Shown here: piece after piece, positions 26,101 to 38,960 of the stretch
Numbering within the stretch: position 1 is the first letter of the stretch
Layout: each line of letters starts with the position of its first letter
Assembly: GCA_951406725.2 (NCBI GenBank)
Contig: OX597832.1
Coordinates: forward strand, 56,482,001 to 56,546,000
Source of the DNA: Octopus vulgaris
Taxonomy: Eukaryota
Direction of reading: 5' to 3'
Length of the DNA stretch: 64,000 nt
The notes under the pieces: model-generated
Seen by the model: only the letters and a program-made list of their open reading frames with translations
Told to the model about the DNA's origin: nothing
The model's database searches: none
Translations under genes and position numbers: made by a program

Positions 26101-26337
26101 AGATCCACAGACAGGGAAAATATTCGTGATATCAACTATTTTCCGAAATATGGCTTCCCAATCAAATACTTCCCCTACCTCAACCAAAAGGGCTATCATG
26201 CTCCCATCGTAATTGTTGAGTTGAAAGTTAAACGTGGAATATTACTGATGATTGAATGTAGAGCTCATGCCCAAAATATCGTTGTTGATCGATTAGAAAG
26301 GCAGGGTGCTGTTCATTTTGAACTTCTTATTGATTAA
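26101..26337 (+). CDS. ATP1B: Na+/K+-ATPase beta subunit terminal coding exon
   Basis: ttctttacag acceptor. Encodes RSTDRENIRDINYFPKYGFPIKYFPYLNQKGYHAPIVIVELKVKRGILLMIECRAHAQNIVVDRLERQGAVHFELLID*, with YFPY, ECRAxAxNI and the C-terminal VHFELLID. TAA stop at 26335-26337. Confidence 0.97.
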   Translation, partial: RSTDRENIRDINYFPKYGFPIKYFPYLNQKGYHAPIVIVELKVKRGILLMIECRAHAQNIVVDRLERQGAVHFELLID

Positions 26338-26635
26338 GTTGGTCCATTAAAAAAAAAAATAAATAAATAAAGTAATAATAATAATAAAAAGAAAGTTAAA
26401 AAAAAGCCACCGATAAAAACCACTTGAAAAAATATAAAAATAATAAAAAAAAGAATTTCTATAAAAAATTTTGAAAAATAACAAAAAGAAAGAAAACACC
26501 ATCAAACAAGTAAGGTGTGGGGGAAGTTAAGAATCTTGAAGATTACAATCTCTTAGTGAGATGCTTACAAAAAAAAGTTAACTTTTATTGGTTCATATCT
26601 TTGTATTAGCTGTATAATTATAATTATAATAATTA

Positions 26636-26668
<33 letters not shown>

Positions 26669-26954
26669 GTCAAAATAATGTTATCCAGGGTGATGAAATA
26701 TGTCTTAGGGAGTCATTCTACTGTCAGGAAACCTTGAACATAAACGTTTTCGCCATCAAAATATGGCAAGACATTTCCTTTCTCCTTCCCAATTTTTTTC
26801 TTTCTTTCTTTCCTGATTTCCTGATCACTTGTTAATGAAGTTAGCAAATATTGAGGATTAAAAATTTTTCTATAAGATTTTGGACAGTTAGGAAATGTGT
26901 TATATATATATATATATATAACACATATAAGATTTTGGAAAGTTAGGAAATGTG

Positions 26955-26998
<44 letters not shown>

Positions 26999-27863
26999 CA
27001 TTATATGTGTGTGTGTGTGTGGGTTTCCATCATTGTATATTCTTCAGAAGAAAGCCTTTAAACACTGCTCGTGAGAAGCTGAACAAAACAACATTTGACA
27101 AAAAGCTGATAAGATTACAAAAGCAGAAAATTTGATGCAAGAAAAATACTGTAAATACACACACACACACACACTCTCCCTCCCAATTTTCTATCTATCT
27201 ATCTTTCCATTGAGCTAGCCATCTTTCTATCTGTCTCTCCTCTTTAATCTCGATCCTGTAACAATTGCTCTTCTAGTGTGATTTCCTGCATTGATTGATT
27301 GATCTGTTGAGAATCAAAAGAGCAAACAACACTCAAAGGGATATTTATCGCTAACAGTCTCAAATCTAGATCGTATTACCATCGATCGTCGTTTCCTAAT
27401 CAATAAATAATCATTAGTTCTTTCCTCAGAGCTATGGTGTCAAACGAAACTTCAAATCAAAACAACTCTTTTTAAGCATGTTTCATCTTTTTTTTTTTTT
27501 TTTTCTTTCATCTGAAATAATTTTCGACGGACTTAAATTGAGTAAAATTATAGGTTACCTCCCCTGGAATTTTTCAAAAGAAAAAAAGATTTTTTTTTTT
27601 TGTTTTTAAGTTTAAAAATGTGTAGAACGTTTTAGAATGCTATGGGCATTTCTCTTGTTGAACATTAATATTAATATTTTTTTTTTTGTTGGTTTATATG
27701 TAGTTTCACAACACTAATTCAAACTGTACCCTGCCATTCAACTCATGTGTGTGCAATCACTGTTGAACCAAAATTGTGCAGCTAAGCCACTTATTACAGT
27801 CTTACAGGAATTCTCTTTGTCTTGTTTCCATTCCTTCTTCTTCTCCTTCTCTCTCTCTCTCTC

Positions 27864-27905
<42 letters not shown>

Positions 27906-28222
27906 CTCAAATTCTTGGTCTAGCCAGCAGTGATTTTTTTTTTCTTACAAGCACCATATTGGTTTGTCTTTGAGCAGTTTTAACATTTTAACATATTTCA
28001 TACATGGAAAAAGCTGACCTAAATTTGTTTTCTACGGCTACTGTTTTTAAGTTTACATACTTTTTGTTTTTTCTACTTTAAAGACATTTAGGAAATTTCA
28101 ATTCTCATATCATTCATATCTTCCGCATTTCTTACATGAATCTGTATATATTTGGTTTTCACTGAAATATAAGCATTTTTTCATTTTAGTCTATTGTGTA
28201 TATATATATATACATATATATA

Positions 28223-28263
<41 letters not shown>

Positions 28264-28785
28264 GTCTTTTCCAAGCCAGTTACATACACTGTTTATAAGG
28301 CTGTTCATTATTTCAATTAAAATATGTATGTATTTTTTTAAATAGTTCACATTATAACTAGAAAAATAATTAGTATAAATTCTACATTTTGCTAGAAAAT
28401 TAAAAAAAAATTTTTAACAGTTAGTTAAAAGCAAGCATTCATCTCATATAGATCTGCTTTTTTTTTTTTTTAATATATATATATCTACCCCCTCTCTACA
28501 TTTGGGCATTTAATAAAGCATATTAACATTACAATTGGAAAATGCCCATTTTTATTTTGGCTTGTCTGATTTCTTCCTTCTCATTTCAATGATACGTAAT
28601 TATATTTCTCTTTTTTTTTTTTTTTAGTTTTCTTTCCCATTTTTTTTTTCTTTCAAAAGGATAAAAAAAATTCCCCCTGTCCTAAGAGTTATTCTAATGA
28701 TAAACACTGGTGTGTTAAACCTATATATTTATATACAGGCATCCACATGTACACGTGCGTGCGTGTATGAGTATACATATATATA

Positions 28786-28822
<37 letters not shown>

Positions 28823-29585
28823 CTCCAAGCATGGATTTTCTGGTTGGGAGCAACAAGAAAATGTAGTTTTTAGAATATCTAGTGATTCAGATTACTGGTG
28901 AAGGCAATCTTATTTATTTTGATTTTTATTATTTTTTTTAATTAAATCTATATCTTGTTATTTCACTGTTAGTTTCTTATTGTGGCTACCATGTAAATAT
29001 ATTTTCCAGATTTGCAGGAAAATTTAATCTTTCGTTTAATATTCATGTGTCACACATTTAAAAAAAAAAAAATCATTTTTATTTAGAAATATGTAAAAAA
29101 AAAAAAAATTATTATTACTGTATTATTATTATTATTATTATTATCATTATTATTAACATTATGATTTGAAATAATGGAATAAAGTTAATAACGGATTTAA
29201 ATTACTTTTTAAAAAAATGTTTTTGCTATATATTTTAGAATTCTTTTATATTTTTTTTTTTTTTTTTTTTTTTTCTTTTGCACACAAGACTTTAATAATA
29301 GCACACTTTTCAAAGAAAAGAGCTCGCTACTGTTATCTCTGTCATTTAACCGAAGCAAAGATATTCATTTTTAAGATGTGTATTTCATTGTAGATAGTTT
29401 ATGGGAGAAAACAGGCCTTGAAATTGGCAGGCATAGAATAAATACTCTAGTTTTTTGTTTTTTTTTCTTCCCCCTCATTATTTTAATTTTTTTTTTTTTT
29501 TAATAGTCAACTTGTACTTTAAACCTCACTTTTGTGTATTTTTTCTGAAATATCCTAAATAAACCATTAACCAAACACTGCTTCG
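26338..29585 (+). other. Putative long 3'UTR of the beta-subunit gene
   Basis: About 3.2 kb of AT/U-rich sequence with no SINE or transposon, unlike the flanking DNA. It ends at an AATAAA plus downstream GT/T-rich tract, and TEs resume at 29604. Confidence 0.6.
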
Positions 29586-29599
29586 TGTTTTTTTTTTTT
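29558..29599 (+). terminator. Candidate polyadenylation signal with downstream GU/U-rich element
   Basis: AATAAA at 29558-29563, then gtgttttttttttttt at about 29585-29599. Confidence 0.5.
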
Positions 29600-29603
29600 A
29601 ATC

Positions 29604-30351
29604 TTAACCCTTTAGCATTCAGATCATTTTGTCAAATGTACCATAAATCCTCGAGTATAATCCGCATTTTTTCCCAAAATTTAAAGGTCAAAATCCCTAG
29701 TGCGTACGATATACAAGGTTAAAAATGAAAAATATTTTCTAAGCAATGTCCGAGTCTCTATTTGCTGTCCGGCAATGCTTATTCAGACACATTTTATGAT
29801 GTTGGGCGTGAAAATACCTTAAGCTACACCTGAAAGCAATGAAGTCATAAAAGAATCATCCATAACTTGCAGTAAGCAACATTTATTAAACGTTATTACT
29901 GTTATTTCTTTATTTTCTGCAAACAAAATGCACAAAAAGGCTACACGGTTGCATTATGTTATATATGCAATAATAATAAAGGATGTTACCATATACAGTT
30001 TTACAAACCAAGGATGTTATATAGACCTCCTTGACTCAAGTTTGAGAAGGGGTGCATATTATACACAAGGTTTAGGTTTTTCAGAGGTACAGCCCCCAAA
30101 AATCCCCTGCGTATTATACTCAAGGGCGGACTATACTCGAGGATTTACGGTAATGCTTATTTATTCACATTGTTTTTAATTAATTATGCATTATCTCATA
30201 GCTTCGATATTTCGATGATATGATTGTTTATTTTTAGAGAATGACATTGTAGAGTTAGTGTGAGAGCCTGGATCTGGCCAGTTTGAACATAAAAAAAAAA
30301 AAGTAGAATATTTGAGCCCATTTTGGTCAGTTTAAAATGCTAAAGGGTTAA
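29604..30351. mobile_element. TTAA-flanked (piggyBac-like) MITE interrupted by a TA-flanked element
   Basis: Termini ttaaccctttagcatt...aatgctaaagggttaa. Related fragments lie at ~400-610, 3027-3205, 6570-6800 and 22630-22820. Confidence 0.75.
29641..30150. mobile_element. Tc1/pogo-like non-autonomous DNA transposon
   Basis: TIRs ccataaatcctcgagtataatccgc / gcggactatactcgaggatttacgg with TA TSD. A second copy is at 42675-43152. Confidence 0.85.
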
Positions 30352-31515
30352 TCAGTGTTGTGTTGCTATTTTAGATGTGCAAAGGGAGATATATGGTTTA
30401 TATGAAACAACAATGATTTTTAATTTTAAATCAAAGTTAGTTTTGTTTCATTTTTCTTAAAGAAAAATATTGCTATGCATCAAACCAAGTTTAAGTAATT
30501 TCCTCAACTAGTATTCGAAGGAAAAATCAAACCACCAAGCAATCTAACAAGCATACCATACAAGTTTGGACTTCCAACTTCTCAGCATTTTTCTTTTCCA
30601 GTTAAAATATTTACAAATTTTTCTTGTTGTTAAATGTTATTGCCTTTCTGGAAGACATTCGCCTCCCACTAACCATCCCCCCCGACTCATCTTAAATGAG
30701 ATCCAAGCCTGCAATGCCTTGTTATCTAGTATCCCATCATGGTTGATGGTAGAATTGTTAGTAAAAAAATTGTTACGTTTCAATAAGTTAAACTCAATTA
30801 CTTCACTAGCTAATGCTTGCAAGGGAAGTTAATTATTATTATTATTATTATTCAGTGGTTCCTTGTTATTATTATTACTTTTAATAATATTCTGTCAGTT
30901 ATTATATTAACAAATTATTATGATTATCATCATCATCATTATTATTATTATTATGGACTGATTGCCCATGGAAATTTGGTCCTGCATTCCAAAGTTCACT
31001 TTTAATGCTAAATTTTACTTTATTTTTATTATTATTTAATTATTTATTTATTTTTTAGCTGTTGCAAATAACCCTTTGTTGATGGACCGCATGTATTATT
31101 AATAATAATAATAGTAATATTACTATCATTAATATTATTATTATTATTATTATTACTATTATTATTATTATTGTACCCAAGAAGTACAGTTCTAAATAAA
31201 GAACATTACAAACAAAGAAAGCTATTATTTGTTTCTATTTTCCAGCTTAATTAATAAGTATTCATGCTATTTATTATAAAGCAAGTTTATACCTTTTTTT
31301 TTTTTTCAAAGCTGCAACATATTTACGAAGCATCATCATCTTTCATTCAAACTATACATTCTAACTGATATTAGTTTTAGCATTGGCATCGTTTAACCAA
31401 AGATTTCTAATCAACTTAAGAGCAGATTTGATGATCAAAGAACACAGGTAGATCTTGTCTAAGTTATTGATTGGCAATTCAATATTTGTTACCTGTTTGT
31501 TATAAACATAGACGA

Positions 31516-31900
31516 AGGAGTGGCTGTGTGGTAAGTAGCTTGTTTACCAACCACATGGTTCCGGGTTCAGTCCCACTGCGTGACACCTTGGGCAAGTGTC
31601 TTCTACTATAGCCTCGGGCTGACCAAAGCCTTGTGAGTGGATTTGGTAGACGGAAACTGAAAGAAGCCCATCATATATATGTATATATATGTGTGCGTGT
31701 ATGTTTGTGTTTGTCCCCCTAGCATTGCTTGACAACCGATGCTGGTGTGTTTATGTCCCCGTCATTTAGCGGTTCGGCAAAAGAGGTCGATAGAATAAGT
31801 ACTGGGCTTACAAAGAATAAGTCCCGGGGTTGAGTTGCTCAATTAAAGGCGATGCTCCAGCATGGCTGCAGTCAAATGACTGAAACAATTAAAAAAGAGT
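31516..31900 (+). mobile_element. SINE family A copy
   Basis: Full-length match. Confidence 0.85.
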
Positions 31901-32073
31901 ATATTGACTGGAAGTGAAAGTTTAAGCTTTCCAATTTTAAAAAATTCTACCCCAAACCTCACTACATCACTACTCTTCCCTCTTTTTTTTTTGTTTTCGT
32001 TTTTGGTTCTGCATTTTATCAACTTGTGGTAACCAACACAACTACCATTAATCTCATATTCCATCATCATCAT

Positions 32074-32301
32074 TTAACCCTTATGTTACTGTATTTATTT
32101 TGAGATACTCTGTGTTTCTTTCAATTACTTTAAATATAACAAAGAGTTTAGTAAAATAACTTAGTTATCATTCAGCTAGTGTTAGGAAAATAAATTGTGA
32201 CTAAGGTTTGGTGGAAGATTTTAATTCAAAACTTATGAAAACAAGACATTTGTACTCAGAGCCAAAGCCGGTTTCAGCCGGGTTGGTAATGAAAGGGTTA
32301 A
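32074..32301. mobile_element. TTAA-flanked MITE
   Basis: ttaacccttatgttac...gtaatgaaagggttaa. Another copy is at ~15845-16071. Confidence 0.75.
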
Positions 32302-33409
32302 TGTCCCTTTTTTTTCATATTGGTTTAGGCTGGAAAATTTGACAGGAACTGACAACTGAGAAGGCTGTGCTGAGCTCCAGTATTTGCTTTGACACGGTTT
32401 CTACAGCTGGTTGCCCTTCCTAATGCCAACCGCTTTGCCAGGTGTAAAAGGTAATGGGTAAAGACCCCCTTTGGCCATGAATAACCATGAAATTGCCCCT
32501 AAAAAGTTAACCTCTGAAGCACAAGTCTGGGCAAGGTTGTTTATGGAAGACCAGTAGTCGCCCATGAATACTTACCCCCATTATTGAAGTTAGATGTTAC
32601 ATTTAGTGAGGAATTAGCAGTTGCTCATTCACATGATTGTATTTGTTAGATTGGTTCCTGGAGGAACACCAAAATAAATCTGTCCTAGGTTGACATCTAA
32701 ATTGCTATTTTTGCTTATATAACAAAATAATACTAGTTCTCTCTACTATAGGCACAAGACCTGAAATTTGTGGGGAGGGGGTAAGTTTATCACATTAACC
32801 CCAAAACTTGACTGGTACTTAATTCATCAACCCCTGGCACCATTTGAACTAAGAACATAAAGACGGACAAATGCTGCTAAGCATTTTGCTCAGCACACTA
32901 ATTTGTTTTGCCAGCTCACTGACCTAATAATAATAATAACTTTTCTAATTCAGGTACAAAGCCAGCAATTTTGGGGAAGGGTTCAAGGCCAGAAAACTTC
33001 AGTGAGTCAATTACATTGACATCAGTGCCCAATTGACCACGAGAGGCTGAAAAGCAAAGTCAACCTTGGTGGAATTTGAACTCAGAATGTAAAGGTGGAA
33101 GAAATGTTGCTAAGCATTTTGCCTGGCATGCTAATGATTCTGCCAGCTTGTCATCTTGATGATAATAATAGTAATAATAATGGTTTCAAATTTTGCCATA
33201 AGGGTAGCAATTTTTGGGGAGACGGTGAGTCAAATGATCCCAGTGTTCAACTTGTACTTATATCAACCCCGAAAGAATGAAAGGCAAAGTCAGCCATGGC
33301 AGAATTTGAACTCAGAACTTAGCAATGAGCAAAATACCACTAAGCATTTTGCCTGGTGTGCTAATTATTCTGTCAGCTCACCGTTTTAATATCAATTCTA
33401 CTAATAATA

Positions 33410-33830
33410 ATAGACAAAGAAAAAGCCAGATATAAGAATAATGGACAAGGAGAAGTAAATTTGATTACTGATTGATCCATCATGTCCATTTGATTCCAGG
33501 ATAGTGAAGAAAGAAGAAAAATTTTCAAAAATGCAACCCCTTAAGGTTTAAGATTGTGAGTATTTGGAATATGAAATCTGTAAAAGTTGTACCTGTGATA
33601 ACTGGTGCAATAGGAACTGTGAGTGATGATATAGACAAATGGTTCGAGGAGACTGGAATGGAATGTTCTGTAGAGCTTCTACTGAAGGTTTGCCTCTTCA
33701 GAACAAAAAGGATTTTGAGCATTTAATGGTTTATTGAAATCATGTGGATATCTACAGTTACAGGTAGTAATCCACCAATAAGATAAATTCTAACAGGTAT
33801 AAAACCAAATCTGAGTCAAGACAAATTAAA
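33410..33830 (+). mobile_element. Degenerate R4/Dong RLE-domain fragment
   Basis: Broken frames give IWNMKSVKVVPVITGAIGTV...VELLLKVCL, homologous to the 41200-41360 C-terminus. Confidence 0.65.
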
Positions 33831-34334
33831 TTACATGAGAAATAGATTTGAAGATACAAAGAAATGTAAAAGATTACTATTTTTTTTTTATAATACAAGA
33901 TGGAAATTTATGTTCATCATTTAGTGTTTAGAATTGTGATCTGTATTATGAAATAAGAATTTTCTGGACAAGCTGAGTTGTAAATTATTCTTTATTCCAA
34001 GAAACCAATTCACTTTGCTTGTGAGAATGAATTCCAGTGTACAGACTCAACCAGAGTGTATGCTGTGTCCCTTCATCCCAGACACAGCTTTGTAATCTCC
34101 AATGTGGCTGTCCATATCACATCTTACAGCCTTTATGATATCCAGAGAGCATTGAACAGCAGTCATGATGTTGGCATTTTGATACCCAATGCAAACTATC
34201 ATGATAAAGATAACTCTTTTCCAATATTGGTTTCAAATTTTGGCACAGAGCCAACAATTTCGGACGAAGGGGTAAGCTGATTACATTGACCCCAGTTTTC
34301 AACTGATCCTTCACTTATTGACCCTGAAAGGATG

Positions 34335-34569
34335 TGTAGCATGCCAGGAAAGCTATCTTAGTTGTTACATAATAGCACAGTTGTGCTATGGCATTCTCCA
34401 ACCAATCAGGGCTGGGTGCATATGGATACTAGAGGTAGTTCTCTGCCCATGAAGTGAAGCATGCGTTTTTAACTACTTAGCAGAAAGACGGAGGAACAGC
34501 TCCTTGCTTTTCACACCAACTTTTGCACTGCTTGGTCTAACTTGGTCTAACTGCTCTCAACTTGCTACA
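34335..34569. mobile_element. Solo LTR inserted in a SINE
   Basis: TGTAGCA...TGCTACA termini. 5-bp TSD ggatg/gcatg. It interrupts the SINE motif gaaaggatg|aaaggc. An internal CCAAT is present. Confidence 0.7.
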
Positions 34570-34595
34570 GCATGAACAGCCTATTTTATTTATGA

Positions 34596-34644
<49 letters not shown>

Positions 34645-34820
34645 GTTCACAAATGAAAATCCAATCTTCTCTGTATAGAATACACTTATTAGTGTTCAAG
34701 AGGTTTGAACTTGAGTGAGTAGAAAAGTAATGATAAGTATGAAGTAAGGATATAAGGATAAGCATGATAGGCAGGTCAATATACAAAGTGTATTAAATAC
34801 ATGAAATACATGTATTTATA

Positions 34821-35218
34821 GGCGTAGGAGTGGCTGTGTGGTAAGTAGCTTGCTAACAAACAACATGGTTCCGGGTTCAGTCCCACTGCGTAGCACCTTG
34901 GGCAAGTGTCTTCTACTATAACCTCGAGCTGAACAAAGCCTTGTGAGTGGATTTGGCAGATGGAAACTGAAAGAAGCCCGTTGTATATATGTATGTATGT
35001 GTGTGTATATGTTTGTGTGTCTGTGTTTGTCCCCTCCCCCAACATTACTTGACAACCGATGCTGGTGTCTTTATGTCCCTGTAACTTAGCGGTTTGGCAA
35101 AAGAGACCGATATAATAAGTACTAGGCTCATGAAGAATAAGTCCTGGGGTCAATTTGGTTGACTAAAGGTGGTACTCCAGCATGGCCACAGTCAAATGAC
35201 TGAAACAAGTAAAAGAGT
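34821..35218 (+). mobile_element. SINE family A copy
   Basis: Full-length match. Confidence 0.85.
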
Positions 35219-36470
35219 ACAAAAAATGCATATATGTTTACATAGAAAAAGGTCTGACTTACACAGAATAGAAATGATATGAAGAATTAAAGGGGTTGAA
35301 GAAAAGCATAACAAACCCAACAGCTGTTTCTGGGGGCTCGATGGTCCAAAATGATGTGTGTCGATTGATTCCATCATTGGATGAGATGAGCTTCTGTCTT
35401 CAAGGAAGAAATCTTACATTTGAGGTGTTGACAGAAAGAAGTTCAAAGATGGAATGATTTTGTGGAGAGCTAAGTGTATTAGAGGGGGGAATTGGGGAGG
35501 TATTCAGATACAAAAATATATATACATACACACATAATGCTTCCACACAGTTTCCATCTACCAAATTTATTCACAAGGTGTTGACTGGCCTGGGGCTATA
35601 GAAGAAGATGCTTGTCCAAAGTCCTGCGTTAGTGGAACTGATCCAGAAACCACATGGTTGTGAAGTAAGCTTCTTACCCACACAGCCAATTAATTATTAG
35701 ATTAATACTTAAACTTTAAAAGTAAATATTAAAATTAATAATTAACATTTTGCAAGCTCACCACCTTATAATAGTTTCAATGTTTGGCCCAAAGCCAGCT
35801 ATTTTGGGAGAGGGGTTAAGCCGATTACATCGACCCAGTACTTGACTGGTACCTGAAGGGATGAAAGGCACAGTCAACTTCAGTGGCATTTAAACCCAGA
35901 AGAAGAGAGGAAAACAATTATAAAATGAATTCCTCACCCTTTTATTTAACAGGTCAATAGATTCTCCATCGGTTATGACAACAAGGGTTCCAGTTGATTT
36001 GATCACCGGAACAACCTTCTCAGGAAATTAACGCGGAAGTGGCTGAGCACTCCAGTCACACATACCCTTAATATAGTTCTCAGGGAGATTCAGCATGACA
36101 CAGAATGTGACAAGACTGGCCCCTTTGAAATACAGGTACAACTCATTTTAGCCAGGTGAGCAGACTGAAGCAACGTGAAATAAAGTATCTTGATCAAGGA
36201 TACAATGTGTCACTGGGAATTGAACTCATGACCTTACAATTGTGAGCTGAACACACTAAACACTAAGCCACATGCCTTAAGCAGAAAATACACCAAATTT
36301 TGGAATTAATAAAAGAATTCTTATTAAATCTCACAGAGCTCATAAAATACAGGGTGTCCCAGAATTAATTATCTATTTCAATGAAATTAGGCAAATTGTA
36401 AAACATCTGACAGAATTTTATGTCTGTTACTTAATTATGATACCAAAATGAATAGATTTATAAATATTAT

Positions 36471-36861
36471 ACTCTCTTTTACTCTTTTACTTGTTTCAGT
36501 CATTTGGCTGCGGCCATGCTGGAGCACCGCCTTTAGTCTAGCAAATCGACCCCGGGACTTATTCTTTGTAAGCCCAGTACTTATTCTATAGGTCTCTTTT
36601 GCCGAACTGCTAAGTGACGGGGACGTAAACACACCAGCATCGGTTGTCAAGCAATGCTAGGGGGACAAACACAGACACACAAACATATACACACACATAC
36701 ATATATATATACAACGGGCTTCTTTCAGTTTCCGTCTACCAAATCCACTCACAAGGCTTTGGTCGGCCCAGGACTATAGCAGAAGACACTTGCCCAAGAT
36801 GCCACGCAGTGGGACTGAACCCAGAACCATATGGTCGGTTAGCAAGCCACTCCTGCGCCTA
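36471..36861 (-). mobile_element. SINE family A copy (reverse)
   Basis: Reverse-complement full-length match. Confidence 0.85.
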
Positions 36862-37191
36862 TGTTAAAACTTTATTTAAAATTTTCAACATGTGGTCCAT
36901 CAGAACAACTTGCTCATGAAATTAATGTGGAAGTGGCTGAGCACTCTACAGTCACATGTACCCTTAGCGTAGTTCCCAGGGAGATTCAGTGTGACACAGA
37001 ATGTGACAAAGCTGGCCCTTTGAAATATGTGTGCAGGAGTGGCTGTGTGGTAAGTAGCTTGCTTACCAACCACATGATTCTGGGTTCAGTCACACTGTGT
37101 GGCACCTTGGGCAAATGTCTTGCACTTAGCCTCAGGCCGACCTAAGCTGTATGAGTGGATTTGGCAGACAGAAACTGAAAGAAGTCCATCG

Positions 37192-37224
<33 letters not shown>

Positions 37225-37271
37225 GTATATATACATACATATATATATATATATATGTGTATATATATATG

Positions 37272-37329
<58 letters not shown>

Positions 37330-37548
37330 CTTTATTTAAAGCAGCAGAAAATTCAACAAAACCTGTTACTCTGAGTTCCACGTTGCCGTTCAAAGGATAG
37401 TTAAAACTGTCCGATGAACGGCAACGTGGAACTCAGAGTAACAGGTTTTGTTGAATTTTCTGCTGCTTTAAATAAAGCATATTACTCTACCACTGGTATT
37501 TGAGTACTCTTTTTTCCACCTTGTTTCACATTTATGTGTTTACTCCGG
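37330..37548 (+). mobile_element. (TA)n-inserted fold-back element with hammerhead-like motif (37407-37444)
   Basis: Arms 37330-37392 and 37415-37477, plus a ~70-nt unpaired tail. Motif CTGT-CCGATGA-ACG(gcaa)CGT-GGAAC-TCAGA-GTA-ACAG. Confidence 0.75.
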
Positions 37549-38960
37549 TATATATATATATAGTATGCATGTCTATGTATATGTACGTGTGTGTTTGTGT
37601 GTCTGTGTTTGTCCTTGCAACATCACTTGACAACCGATGCTGGTGCGTTTACATCTCCATAACTTTCGTTTGTCTTTACATTCTGAGTTCAAATTCCGCT
37701 GAGATCAACTTTGCCTTTCATCCTTTCGGAATCAATAAATTAAGTACCAGTTCTGTACTGGGGTCAATCTAATCAACTGCCCCCACTCCCCCAAAATTTC
37801 CAGGCTTGTGCCTAGAGTAGAAAAGAAAAGAATAATAATAATATTAACAATCCTTTCAACTGTAGGCACAAGGCCTGAAATTTGGGGGAGGGGAATAATT
37901 GATTGCATCGACCCCAGTGCTCAACTGGTACTTATTTGATTGACCCAGAAAGGATGAAAGGCAAAGTCAACCCTGGGAGAATTTGAACTCAGAATGTAAA
38001 GAGGGATGAAATGCCGCTAATTATATTTCTCGGCGTGCTAACGATTCTACCAGCTCGCTACTTTATATAATAATGATAATAATAATCTTCTAATATAATA
38101 ATGAGCGTAGTGTTTTTGTATATTTGTATATATATATATATATATACGTATTTGTCCAACATCCTGCAGGAGTGAATGGTGAAGGGGGAGGAGAGAAGAT
38201 AGTAATTCAGTGAAGGAGAAGTAGTGAGAGTAATAGCCATGACAGAGGGAGTGAGAGAAAGTAATAGCAATGAGAGAGAGGAAGTGGCAAAGAGAGCATC
38301 GTGTATCTTGTACTATAATAATCTACTACAATAATACTCTTGTGTATATCTCTGTCACAACATATGAATGAGAAAGGAAAGGGTGATCCACCGATGGAAG
38401 TGGGATGGTGAAAAGTCAATGGTGAAATGAAAATCAAACAGCGCTTCAACTCTGTGTGTATATGTGTGTGTGTGTGTGTAAAAGGGAGGAATGTGAATGT
38501 TTGCGTGTGTGCGTGTGTGTGTGTGTTTGTATAAAATATATTTATATATTTGAGTGAGTTTATATGTGTTTGTGTATGTTTATTTAGAAAGATACATAGA
38601 AAATAGAATTACAGACACACACATTTACACATACATATATATATATAAACAAACACACTTAAAAAGGAAGGAAGCAGGCTGTGACAAAGTATAGAAAACC
38701 GCATTCGCTACAAACTGTGCTACTCATACATATAAATGAATACATTTGCATACACGCACACACGCACACACACACAGAGTCGAAGCACAGATTTTTATAT
38801 ATAAAATACTTTTTATATATAAAATACTACAATTAGCTGTCATTTTTGACAGCATGGGGTCAGCTAGTAGTAATAATAATAATAATAATAATAATAAAAT
38901 GATAATAATAATAATGACAATAATAATAATAATAATAATGACAATAATAATAATAATAAT

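Noticed and set aside
30637-30822. Minus-strand 61-aa ORF as an exon of a neighbouring gene
   Set aside because: An in-frame stop lies just upstream, there is no good splice acceptor, and I recognise no motif.
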